DNA of 64,000 bases, taken from Candidatus Kerfeldbacteria bacterium. GTDB taxonomy: Bacteria > Patescibacteriota > Patescibacteriia > UBA10025 > JAHIVO01. This document shows, piece after piece, positions 1 through 9,011 of this stretch. Below the pieces are notes generated by a model. It was not told the origin of the DNA and did no database searches. It saw only the letters and a list, made by a program, of their open reading frames with translations. Both the position numbers and the translations under genes were made by a program. The DNA lies in the NCBI GenBank assembly GCA_047946875.1, contig CP181398.1:335154-399153 (forward strand), written 5' to 3'. Numbering within the stretch: position 1 is the stretch's first letter; each line of letters begins with the position of its first letter.

Positions 1-525
1 TTTGTTAAATCATCTGAAAAATTTTATTCTAATATTTTATTAAATGATATAATTTCTGACAGTTTTAATAATTCTATTGCATTTACTTTCGAAAAAGATG
101 CAATTGGTATGGTAAAAAAAGAGGGAGATAATTTTGTAATTTTACCATTTTCGTATATCAAAAATTCAATTTTAAATTTATTAGAAAATAATGAAATTAA
201 TCGTCCATATTTAGGTATAAATTATGTAAATCTTTCTTTAACCGTTAATCTAAGCACTGATTTATCAAATGGTGCAAAGAAAGGAATTTTAGTATATTCG
301 AATAATGAAGTAGATTATCCGAGTGTAGTAGAGGGTAGTCCAGCACACAAATCGGGAGTGAAGACTAATGATATTATTACTGCTATTGATGATCATGTGC
401 TGAATGGAAATACATTTTTTGGTAATATTATTTTAAGTTATGAACCACAAGATATTGTTACATTAAGTATTGTAAGGGGTGAAGAAGAAATAAAAATTAA
501 AGTTACGCTTGAAGAAATTTTATAA
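1..525 (+). CDS. HtrA/DegP-like protein, C-terminal part (degenerate trypsin-like end plus PDZ); 5'-partial
   Basis: Frame is open from base 1 into the 109..525 ORF. RPYLGINY..GILVY..GSPAHKSGVKTNDIITAID..RGEEEIKIKVTL is a typical HtrA PDZ domain. Confidence 0.8.
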   Translation, partial: FVKSSEKFYSNILLNDIISDSFNNSIAFTFEKDAIGMVKKEGDNFVILPFSYIKNSILNLLENNEINRPYLGINYVNLSLTVNLSTDLSNGAKKGILVYSNNEVDYPSVVEGSPAHKSGVKTNDIITAIDDHVLNGNTFFGNIILSYEPQDIVTLSIVRGEEEIKIKVTLEEIL

Positions 526-536
526 ATTTTCATATT

Positions 537-2261
537 ATGATAAAAAGTAGATATTTATTCGGTATAGTTTTTTTAGGAATTATATTAATAATGAGTCCTG
601 ATATTGTTATGTCGGAAAATATTGATAATGTTACTGATAGTATAGTATTAAAACTAAATAATAATGATAAATTATATAAAATTGATTTAGCAGAGCATGA
701 GGATTATGAACAGTTAATTATTGATTTAGAAAATGAACCACAAATTGATTTTGTGCTACCAAACCATAAATATGAATTAGTTTTAACTCCAAACGATACA
801 CATTATAGTTCTGAGTGGTATTTGGATAAAATAAATGCGCCAACTGCCTGGGATTTTACTACTGGTAGCAATGAGGTAATTATTGCGGTTTTAGATACCG
901 GGGTAGATATTGATCATCCAGATTTGTTAACAAACATTTGGATTAATACAGATGAGATACCAGGTAATGGAATAGATGATGATTTGAATGGATTTATCGA
1001 TGACTATAATGGTTGGGATTTCGTAGGAGAGATTGCAGATCCGAATCCTAAATTTGATTCTGGATGGACTGAGTCTGGTATTCATCATGGGAGTGTAGTA
1101 GCTGGAACAGCGGCTGCTATTGGTAATAATGGTCTAGGGGTAGCAGGATTAACATGGAATGTAAAAATAATGCCAGTACGTGTACTTGATAGTGCTGGAG
1201 TGGGAGATACACGTGATGTATATGAGGGGATTAACTACGCGGTAAATAATGGAGCAGATTTTATTAATCTCAGTTTTGTTGGAAATAATCTTGATACATT
1301 ATTAGAAAACGGTATTAATAATGCCTGGTTAAATAATGTTACTATTTTTGCAGCTGCAGGTAATGACAATATAGATATGGATGTAAGTCCTCGTTATCCT
1401 GTATGTAACGAACATATTATCGGTGTAGGTGGAGTTGATCAAAATGATGTTAAATGGTCCAGAAATACCACTACAGGCTCAAATTATGGCGCTTGTGTTG
1501 ATATAGTAGCTCCAGCAACCGGTTTTATAAGTACGGCATTTTATGATCCTTCTAATAGTCTAAATTCGTATTATTTGAATGGATGGTCAGGAACTTCATT
1601 GTCAACACCATTAGTTTCGGCAGCAGCAGCTTTAGCAAAATCATTTGATATGTCAGCAACACCAGATCAAATTATACAAAGAATTTATGATGAATCTGTA
1701 AATATAAATTTTTTAAATACTGCTTATACTGGAAAATTAGGTAATGGTCGTTTGGATTTAGTAAATATTTTTTCATCTCCGATTAATACAACTTCATTAT
1801 ATGATATTATAACGGGTCTTGGAGCTGGGAGTACTCCACAAGTAAAAGTTTTTCAAGTTGATGGAACTCTAGAAACTGATTTTCTTGCCTATGTTTCAAG
1901 TTTTGAAGGAGGTGTTAGTGTAGCTGCTGGTGATCTTGATGGTGATGGCATAGATGAAATAGTTACCGGCGTTGGTAATGGTGGTGGTCCTCAAGTTAGA
2001 ACCTTTGATCGTTATGGTAATATTATTTTTACTCCAGGTTTCTTTGCTTATGGTGAGAACTTTCGTGGAGGAGTAAATGTAGCAGTTGGAGATTTGGACG
2101 GGGATGGATTAGCAGAAATTATTGCTGGAGCAGGTAATGGTGGTGGTCCTCAAGTTAGAACCTTTGATCGTTATGGGGTTGTTACTATTTCTAATGGATT
2201 CTTTGCTTACGATTTAGATTTAAGAGGTGGCGTTAAGGTTAATGTGATAAAAAGAAATTAA
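537..2261 (+). CDS. S8 (subtilisin-like) serine peptidase with C-terminal FG-GAP/VCBS-like repeats
   Basis: N-terminal hydrophobic segment; catalytic motifs IAVLDTG, HHGSVVAG, GWSGTSLSTP; repeats AGDLDGDGIDEIVTG and VGDLDGDGLAEIIAG. Confidence 0.92.
   Translation: MIKSRYLFGIVFLGIILIMSPDIVMSENIDNVTDSIVLKLNNNDKLYKIDLAEHEDYEQLIIDLENEPQIDFVLPNHKYELVLTPNDTHYSSEWYLDKINAPTAWDFTTGSNEVIIAVLDTGVDIDHPDLLTNIWINTDEIPGNGIDDDLNGFIDDYNGWDFVGEIADPNPKFDSGWTESGIHHGSVVAGTAAAIGNNGLGVAGLTWNVKIMPVRVLDSAGVGDTRDVYEGINYAVNNGADFINLSFVGNNLDTLLENGINNAWLNNVTIFAAAGNDNIDMDVSPRYPVCNEHIIGVGGVDQNDVKWSRNTTTGSNYGACVDIVAPATGFISTAFYDPSNSLNSYYLNGWSGTSLSTPLVSAAAALAKSFDMSATPDQIIQRIYDESVNINFLNTAYTGKLGNGRLDLVNIFSSPINTTSLYDIITGLGAGSTPQVKVFQVDGTLETDFLAYVSSFEGGVSVAAGDLDGDGIDEIVTGVGNGGGPQVRTFDRYGNIIFTPGFFAYGENFRGGVNVAVGDLDGDGLAEIIAGAGNGGGPQVRTFDRYGVVTISNGFFAYDLDLRGGVKVNVIKRN
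1974..2176 (+). repeat. Two identical 44-bp direct repeats (1974-2017 and 2133-2176) within the FG-GAP coding repeats
   Basis: ggtaatggtggtggtcctcaagttagaacctttgatcgttatgg occurs twice, 159 bp (53 codons) apart. Confidence 0.95.
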
Positions 2262-2711
2262 ATGAGTTTTTGGGATAAAGTAGAAAATATTGAGTTAGTT
2301 AAGAAGAATCCCAATTTATTTGAATTTTTTAAATTTTCTGTCGTTGGTATTTTAGGAACGATAGTTGATTTTGGTATTTATGCAATATTAACTAGAGTGT
2401 TTGGTGTCTACTATATTATTGCTACTGCAATAAGTGTTTTTTTAGCAATTATTAATAATTTCTTTTTAAATAAATATTGGACATTTAAAAAAGGTAAAAG
2501 TGGTAAAACTAACTCTGAATATTTTAAATTTTTCATAGTTAGTGTTGTTAATTATTTCTTAAATATAGGTATTACGTATTATATTGTAGAATATACTTCA
2601 TCTGAGAATATGTTTGGCCAAGGGGAAGATTTTTTTGCAAAAGTGGTTGCTATAGCAATAGTGTTATTTAGTAATTATTTTGGCAATAAATATTGGACTT
2701 TTAAAGATTAG
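2262..2711 (+). CDS. GtrA-family membrane protein (putative lipid-P-sugar flippase)
   Basis: FFKFSVVGILGTIVDFG..NNFFLNKYWTF..NYFGNKYWTF; about 4 TM segments. Confidence 0.9.
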   Translation: MSFWDKVENIELVKKNPNLFEFFKFSVVGILGTIVDFGIYAILTRVFGVYYIIATAISVFLAIINNFFLNKYWTFKKGKSGKTNSEYFKFFIVSVVNYFLNIGITYYIVEYTSSENMFGQGEDFFAKVVAIAIVLFSNYFGNKYWTFKD

Positions 2712-2727
2712 AACCAATAAAAAATAC

Positions 2728-2756
2728 TTGCAAAATAAGCATTTTTTTGTTATAGT
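2728..2756 (+). promoter_or_regulatory. Putative sigma70-type promoter (likely leaderless transcript)
   Basis: TTGCAA(2728-2733)-17 bp-TATAGT(2751-2756) with an extended TG; ATG at 2762. Confidence 0.6.
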
Positions 2757-2761
2757 GAGTT

Positions 2762-3481
2762 ATGAATAAATTACTGACAATTATTATTCCGGCATATAAT
2801 GAGGCGGAAAGAATAGGCAATACGCTTGATAAATATCTTGAGTTTTATCAAGAAAAAAACATTGAATTTTTGATAGTCTTGAATGGCTGTACGGATGATA
2901 CGTTAAGTATAGTGAATAAGTTCAAAGAAGAGCATCCTGATCGTATTAGAATAATTAATATTAAGGAAGCTATTGGTAAAGGCGGGGCCGTAAGGGAAGG
3001 TTTTAACCATTCAAAAGCAGATTTTATAGGATATTTAGATGCTGACGGCTCAACTTCTCCAGAGGAATTCAAAAAAATTATTGATGGTATCGAAGGAATT
3101 GATGGAACTATAGCATCTAGATGGAAAAAAGGTTCAAAAATTGTTGGGGCTAATCTTCTTAGGGAAATAGTAAGTATTAGTTTCATTTCATTTGTAAAAT
3201 TGCTATTTTTCATGCCATTTATTGATACACAATGTGGTGCGAAAATTTTTAAAAAAGAGGTGATTAAGGATGTGTTGGCGAGTTTAGAAATTAATAATAT
3301 GTCCTTTGATGTTGAATTATTATTTCGAATACATCAGGCTGGATATAAGGTGAAGGAAATACCAACTATTTGGATAGATAATAGTGATAGTTCGGCCGCT
3401 CTGGGTACACCTCTTAATTTATTAAAGACTGGATTTAATATGTTTATTACTTTGATAAAAATAAGGTTTAGGAAAATATAA
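2762..3481 (+). CDS. GT2 polyprenyl/dolichyl-phosphate glycosyltransferase (DPG-synthase-like)
   Basis: IIIPAYNEAERI, GKGGAVREG, YLDADGST, DTQCGAKIF, FDVELL. Confidence 0.9.
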   Translation: MNKLLTIIIPAYNEAERIGNTLDKYLEFYQEKNIEFLIVLNGCTDDTLSIVNKFKEEHPDRIRIINIKEAIGKGGAVREGFNHSKADFIGYLDADGSTSPEEFKKIIDGIEGIDGTIASRWKKGSKIVGANLLREIVSISFISFVKLLFFMPFIDTQCGAKIFKKEVIKDVLASLEINNMSFDVELLFRIHQAGYKVKEIPTIWIDNSDSSAALGTPLNLLKTGFNMFITLIKIRFRKI

Positions 3482-3483
3482 AT

Positions 3484-4521
3484 ATGGCTATAAAAAAAAT
3501 ATTAGAACGAAAAAATATTCTCGTAACAGGAGGAGCTGGTTTTATCGGCTCGCACCTTTGTGATGAATTAGTAAAAGAAAATAATGTTATTTGTTTAGAT
3601 AATTTTTCTTCGGGTAAAGTTGAAAATATTAATCATTTATTACAAAATCAAAATTTTGAATTAATTAAACATGATATAAACAAAAAAATTAATTTAGAAG
3701 ATTTTCGTGAATTAGATAAATTTAAAGTTAAGTTTCAAGGGATTGATGAGATATATCATCTAGCAACTCCTACATCACCGAAGAATTTTGATAAATATAA
3801 AATAGACACGCTAAAGACAAATAGTATTGGTGTAATTAATGCACTTGAAGTAGCAAAAAAGCATAAAGCAAAATTTTTATTAGCTTCATCTGTAGTAGTT
3901 TATGGGCCTAGGTTTGAGAATGCGCCAATTTTTACTGAGGATTACCTTGGTTATGTAGATATTACTGGTCAGAGAAGTTGTTATGATGAAGGAAAAAGAT
4001 TTTCAGAAAGTGCTGTAGCTACATACAATCAAGCATATAACTTGGAAGCAAAGATTGCTAGAGTATTTCGTACATATGGACCTCGCTTATCATTATTTGA
4101 TGGTCATATGATACCAGATTTTGTTTTACAAGCAATTAATAATAAACCATTACAAATTTATGGTGGAGAAGAATTTACTACATCTTTATGTTATGTGTCT
4201 GATATTGTTGATGGTTTAATGAAATTTATGAAGTCAACTGAGATTGGTCCATTTAATTTTGGTCATTATGAAGAGTATAAAATGTCGGATGTAGCAGAAA
4301 AAATTAAGAAAATGATTAATTCTAAGTCTGAGATTGAATTTAAAGAGTCGATGGTATTTATGACTCCACTTGGTATTCCTGACATATCTTTAGCGAAGCA
4401 AAAATTAGGTTGGTACCCTTTAACATCACTTGATAGTGGTTTAGAAAGAACTATTGAATATGTTAAAGCAAGTAAAGATATTCTTAGTCCAATGCTTTGG
4501 AAGTATGAAGATAAAGATTAG
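3484..4521 (+). CDS. NAD-dependent epimerase/dehydratase, UDP-glucuronate decarboxylase (UXS)-like
   Basis: TGGAGFIGSHL, RSCYDEGKR, ARVFRTYGPR, YVSDIVDGL; some UXS residues are altered (see findings). Confidence 0.8.
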   Translation: MAIKKILERKNILVTGGAGFIGSHLCDELVKENNVICLDNFSSGKVENINHLLQNQNFELIKHDINKKINLEDFRELDKFKVKFQGIDEIYHLATPTSPKNFDKYKIDTLKTNSIGVINALEVAKKHKAKFLLASSVVVYGPRFENAPIFTEDYLGYVDITGQRSCYDEGKRFSESAVATYNQAYNLEAKIARVFRTYGPRLSLFDGHMIPDFVLQAINNKPLQIYGGEEFTTSLCYVSDIVDGLMKFMKSTEIGPFNFGHYEEYKMSDVAEKIKKMINSKSEIEFKESMVFMTPLGIPDISLAKQKLGWYPLTSLDSGLERTIEYVKASKDILSPMLWKYEDKD

Positions 4522-4563
4522 ATTACTTTGATAATACAATTAACTAAAAAAACGAAATAATTT

Positions 4564-5541
4564 ATGAAGAAAACTGCATTAATAACTGGAATTTTAGGTC
4601 AAGATGGACCTTATTTAGCAAAGTTATTGCTAGAAAAAGATTATAAAGTGTATGGATTAATACGACGTTATTCTAATACTAATTTTTCAAATCTTGACTA
4701 TCTGGAGATAACAGAACAAGTTGAATATTTAACAGGTGATATAACAGACGAAGCGTCCATAATGCAAATAATTAAAACTATTAAACCTGACGAGGTGTAT
4801 AATTTAGCTGCTCAGTCTTTTGTTGGATCTTCATGGGATCTTGCTAAGCAGACTACAGAAACTAATGCTATTGGTGTTTTGTACCTTTTAAATGCAATTA
4901 AATTTTTTAGTCCAAGTTCAAAATTTTATCAAGCATCAACCAGTGAAATGTTTGGCAATGTATTAAAAAAAGATACAGATATAATTACAGAAGATACACC
5001 ATTTCATCCAACCAGTCCTTATGCTATAGCTAAGCTATATTCGTATTGGTTATCAATAAATTACAGGGATAGCTATGGTATTTTTACTTGCAATGGTATT
5101 TTATTTAATCACGAGTCTCCAATTAGAGGTATGGAATTTGTTACTAGAAAGATATCAGATGGAGTAGCTCGTATAAAATTAAATTTATCTAATGAAATAA
5201 GTCTTGGTAATACGGATAGTCAAAGAGATTGGGGATTTGCAGGAGATTTTGTCGAAGCTATGTATCTAATGCTACAAAAGGATAAACCAGGTGACTATTT
5301 ACTTAGTACAGGAGAAACACATTCAATTAAAGATTTTTTGAAAATTTCTTTTGATCATGTTGGTATAAAAGATTGGGAGAAATATATCAAAATTGATCCA
5401 AAATATAAAAGACCATCAGATCTCAAGGTTTTAAAGAGTGACAGTTCAAAATCACAAAAAGAATTAAATTGGAAGCCAAAAGTTTCATTCAAAGAATTGG
5501 TGGAAATGATGGTTGATGCGGATATTAAAAGGCTATCTTAA
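4564..5541 (+). CDS. gmd: GDP-mannose 4,6-dehydratase
   Basis: ALITGILGQDGPYLA, YNLAAQSFV, FYQASTSEMFG, SPYAIAK, NGILFNHESP, FVTRKI, RDWG. Confidence 0.93.
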   Translation: MKKTALITGILGQDGPYLAKLLLEKDYKVYGLIRRYSNTNFSNLDYLEITEQVEYLTGDITDEASIMQIIKTIKPDEVYNLAAQSFVGSSWDLAKQTTETNAIGVLYLLNAIKFFSPSSKFYQASTSEMFGNVLKKDTDIITEDTPFHPTSPYAIAKLYSYWLSINYRDSYGIFTCNGILFNHESPIRGMEFVTRKISDGVARIKLNLSNEISLGNTDSQRDWGFAGDFVEAMYLMLQKDKPGDYLLSTGETHSIKDFLKISFDHVGIKDWEKYIKIDPKYKRPSDLKVLKSDSSKSQKELNWKPKVSFKELVEMMVDADIKRLS

Positions 5542-5594
5542 AATATTAGCAATAAATATTATATTGTGAAAATATACATAAAGTAAAAATAAGT

Positions 5595-6917
5595 ATGAAA
5601 AAAACTGTTAAAAAAAGAAAAACTACAAAAAGTAAAAAATATAAGGGAATAGTCACTGTGATTGGATTAGGTTATGTTGGATTACCGTTAGCATGCTTAT
5701 GTGTAGAAAAAGGTTACAAAACATTTGGCGTTGCAATCGATCGTAAGAAAATAAACATGATTAATAGAGGTGAGAACCCTTTGACAGATGAACCAGAGCT
5801 AAATCAAATTATTGCAAAAAAATTAATTTCAGCAGATACTTCATTCGAAAATGTATCAAAGTCTGACGTGATAGTAATATGTGTACCTACTCCAGTCGAT
5901 AAACTTCATCATCCAGATTTAACACCAGTGAAGTCAGCATCTAAAAGTGTTTCTAAATATTTAAAAAAGGGGCAGTTAGTAGTAATTGAATCAACTATTA
6001 ACCCTGGGGTTTGTCAAGAAATTGTTCAACCAATAATAGATAAAGAATCAGGTATGGAAGCTGGAAAAGATTATTTTTTAGCTCATTCACCAGAAAGAGT
6101 GAATCCAGGCGATCCGGTATGGAAAGTTAGAAATATTCCAAGAGTTGTAGGAGCAATATCAAAAAAGGGACTAAAAGTAGCACTTAAATTTTATGGTAAT
6201 ATTTTGGATGGAAGTGTAAGAGGTATGAAATCAATTAAAGAAGCCGAAGCGACTAAAGTAATTGAAAACTCATTTAGAGATATAAATATTGCTTTCGTAA
6301 ACGAATTAGCAAAATCTTTTGATAAGCTTGGTATTGATTTGTATGACACTTTAGAGGGGGCAAGTACAAAACCTTTTGCATATTTACCTCATTGGCCTTC
6401 TATTGGTGTAGGCGGTCACTGTATTCCTGTTGATCCATACTATTTAATAGAAAGAGCTAAGCTAGCTGGGTTTGACCATAAATTTTTAAAGATGTCTCGT
6501 GAGATAAACAACAGTATGCCAAAATATGCTGTTGGACTGTTATCAAAAATGTTAAACAAAATATCTAGGCCAATGATGAATACTTCTGTAGGCGTACTTG
6601 GTTTGTCATATAAAGCTAATGTGGGGGATATTAGAGAAAGTCCTTCTCTTGAAGTTATAAAATTGTTACAAGAACATGGATCTAAGGTGGAAATATTTGA
6701 TCCATATTTCCAGGATAAATCTACTGTGAATAGTCTTGAAGATTTGTTAAAAAAAGTTGATGTTATTGTAGTAGCTACTAATCACAAGGAGTTTGTGAAT
6801 ATAAGCAGTACGCTTTTAAAGAAATATAAAATTAAAATGGTATTGGATGGCAAGAATTGTCTAGATAAAGCTAAGATACAAAAAGCTAAAATTATTTATA
6901 AGGGTATTGGAAGATAA
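5595..6917 (+). CDS. Nucleotide-sugar 6-dehydrogenase (UDP-HexNAc dehydrogenase, WecC/TviB-like)
   Basis: GLGYVGLPLA, ICVPTP, ESTINPG, SPERVNPG, KVIENSFRDINIA, GVGGHCIPVDP, DIRESP. Confidence 0.9.
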   Translation: MKKTVKKRKTTKSKKYKGIVTVIGLGYVGLPLACLCVEKGYKTFGVAIDRKKINMINRGENPLTDEPELNQIIAKKLISADTSFENVSKSDVIVICVPTPVDKLHHPDLTPVKSASKSVSKYLKKGQLVVIESTINPGVCQEIVQPIIDKESGMEAGKDYFLAHSPERVNPGDPVWKVRNIPRVVGAISKKGLKVALKFYGNILDGSVRGMKSIKEAEATKVIENSFRDINIAFVNELAKSFDKLGIDLYDTLEGASTKPFAYLPHWPSIGVGGHCIPVDPYYLIERAKLAGFDHKFLKMSREINNSMPKYAVGLLSKMLNKISRPMMNTSVGVLGLSYKANVGDIRESPSLEVIKLLQEHGSKVEIFDPYFQDKSTVNSLEDLLKKVDVIVVATNHKEFVNISSTLLKKYKIKMVLDGKNCLDKAKIQKAKIIYKGIGR

Positions 6918-7579
6918 TGAAAACCGTAGCTGTAATACCAGCATTTAATGAGGGTAATAGGATAAAAGAAGTTTTACAAAAAACTTCTCAATATGTAGAT
7001 AAAATTATTTTAGTTGATGATGGTTCCGGAGATAATACTTTTTTTGCAGCTTCTCAAGTAAGTAATAAAATAATCCCAATTAAACACAAAATAAATATAG
7101 GTAAAGGTGCTGCTATGAAAACTGGTTGTGAGGCAGCTCTAAAAATTTCAGCAGATATAATTATTTTTGTTGATGCAGACGGTCAGCATAGACCGGAAGA
7201 ATTACCAAATTTTATTAATAAGATTGAAGAAGAAAATTTTGATATAGTATTTGGAGCAAGAAAAATAGGTAAAGATATGCCACTTGTTATGATGCTTGGT
7301 AATAAATTTCTATCAATTGCTACATCATTATTATTTGGAATATACGTGTCTGATACTCAGAGTGGCTTTCGAGCTTTTAAAGCATCAGTTTACGATAAAA
7401 TTAAATGGAATTCAACTCGTTATTCGGTAGAAACTGAAATAATTGTTAATACAGGTAAGAATAAATTAAAGTTTAGTGAAATTGAAATAGAGACAATCTA
7501 TAATGATGATCATAAAGGTACGACCATCTTAGATGGGATAAGAATATTTATTAATATGTTAACTTGGAGAATATTATGA
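6917..7579 (+). CDS. GT2 glycosyltransferase (DPM/DPG-synthase-like)
   Basis: VIPAFNEG, VDDGSGD, GKGAA, DADGQH, DTQSGFRAF. Confidence 0.9.
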   Translation: MKTVAVIPAFNEGNRIKEVLQKTSQYVDKIILVDDGSGDNTFFAASQVSNKIIPIKHKINIGKGAAMKTGCEAALKISADIIIFVDADGQHRPEELPNFINKIEEENFDIVFGARKIGKDMPLVMMLGNKFLSIATSLLFGIYVSDTQSGFRAFKASVYDKIKWNSTRYSVETEIIVNTGKNKLKFSEIEIETIYNDDHKGTTILDGIRIFINMLTWRIL

Positions 7580-7902
7580 TAGGTATACAATTAGTAGCAA
7601 TAATTTTTGCAATATGGATGATATATTTTAGTTACCTACATTTTCGTAGGGGTGAGTTTAAAAAAATTGAATTTATTTTATGGCAGGTGTTGTGGTTTGG
7701 CTTGATAGTTGTTGTATTATTCCCAATTAGTGTAAAATTCTTATTAGACACCTTTAGTATTACTAGAACTTTTGATTTAGTTGTTATTGTAAGTGCGGTA
7801 GTATTATTTGGTGTTACTTTCAGAAATTATGTAATAACTAGAAGAATGGAAAAGAAAATTGAAAGATTTATGAGAAAGGAAGCAATAAAAGATATAAAAT
7901 GA
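7576..7902 (+). CDS. DUF2304-like small membrane protein (partner of the upstream GT2)
   Basis: 3 TM segments then a charged tail (RRMEKKIERFMRKEAI); ATG 7576 overlaps the upstream TGA (ATGA). Confidence 0.8.
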   Translation: MIGIQLVAIIFAIWMIYFSYLHFRRGEFKKIEFILWQVLWFGLIVVVLFPISVKFLLDTFSITRTFDLVVIVSAVVLFGVTFRNYVITRRMEKKIERFMRKEAIKDIK

Positions 7903-9011
7903 AGATTTTATACGTATTAGAATATTATTATCCACATGTTGGTGGCGTAGAGATATTATTTCAAAAGTTAGCAGAAGAAGCGGCTAAGAAAAAAAATCTA
8001 GTAAGGGTAATAACTATGAAATTACCCAATTCTTTAGCTAACGAACATTACAATGGAGTAGAAATTAAAAGATTATGGGTTCCGAATATTGGATCGAGGT
8101 ACTGGTTTACTATATTAGCTTTTTTTAAATTATTATTTTTTGCTAATAAATTTGATATTATCCATACTACCACATATAATGCAGCGTTACCGGCATGGTT
8201 AATAGCTAAGATTTTTAGAAAGAAAATAATTATAACAATACATGAGGTATGGGGTAGGATGTGGATGCAGATACCAGATATGTCATACATTTCAAAAATG
8301 ATTCATCGTTTATATGAATTTATAGTTGTAAATATACCGTATGACAAAATAGTTACGGATTCATTTTTTACTAAAAAAATTATTAAAAAAGATAATGTAC
8401 AAACAATACATTGTGGAGTTGATAATGAATTATTCTCAAGAGAAAAGAATGAAGGCAAGTCACTAGAAGTAAAGAAAAAATTATGTTTAAGACAAAGTTA
8501 TGTTGCTTTGTATTTTGGAAGACCTGGTTGGGCAAAAGGATTAGAGTATTTTATTAATGCAATTCCACAAATAAAAAGTCAAATTCCTAATTTTAAGACA
8601 GTTTTGCTTATATCAAGAGATCCAATTGTAAAATATAATAGTATTGTTGAAAACATTAATACACTGCAAATCCAAAAAGACGTACTATTACTTGATCCTG
8701 TACCAAGAGGTGATGTGCCTTCATATTTAATGATAGCAGATTGTGTAGTTGTGCCTTCAATTTCAGAGGGTTTTGGATTTAATGTTGCCGAAGCTAGTGC
8801 TTTAGAAATACCGATAGTGGCTACAAATGCTGGTTCTATACCAGAAGTAATTTCTGGTAAAAATATCCTTGTTAAACCGCAAAACTCAGATGAATTAGCA
8901 TTGGGAGTCATCAATATGTATAAAAACCGTCAGGTTAGTTTTTGGGATAAAAAAAAATTTAGCTGGGAAAAAGCAGTTAATGATTATTTAAAAGCATATC
9001 AATCTTTATGA
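7899..9011 (+). CDS. GT4 glycosyltransferase
   Basis: YYPHVGGVE, YFGRPGWAKG, VPSISEGFGFNVAEA. Confidence 0.9.
   Translation: MKILYVLEYYYPHVGGVEILFQKLAEEAAKKKNLVRVITMKLPNSLANEHYNGVEIKRLWVPNIGSRYWFTILAFFKLLFFANKFDIIHTTTYNAALPAWLIAKIFRKKIIITIHEVWGRMWMQIPDMSYISKMIHRLYEFIVVNIPYDKIVTDSFFTKKIIKKDNVQTIHCGVDNELFSREKNEGKSLEVKKKLCLRQSYVALYFGRPGWAKGLEYFINAIPQIKSQIPNFKTVLLISRDPIVKYNSIVENINTLQIQKDVLLLDPVPRGDVPSYLMIADCVVVPSISEGFGFNVAEASALEIPIVATNAGSIPEVISGKNILVKPQNSDELALGVINMYKNRQVSFWDKKKFSWEKAVNDYLKAYQSL

Noticed and set aside
1974-2176. 44-bp direct repeat as a CRISPR array
   Set aside because: Only two copies, in frame within a coding repeat, a 115-bp spacer and no cas genes.
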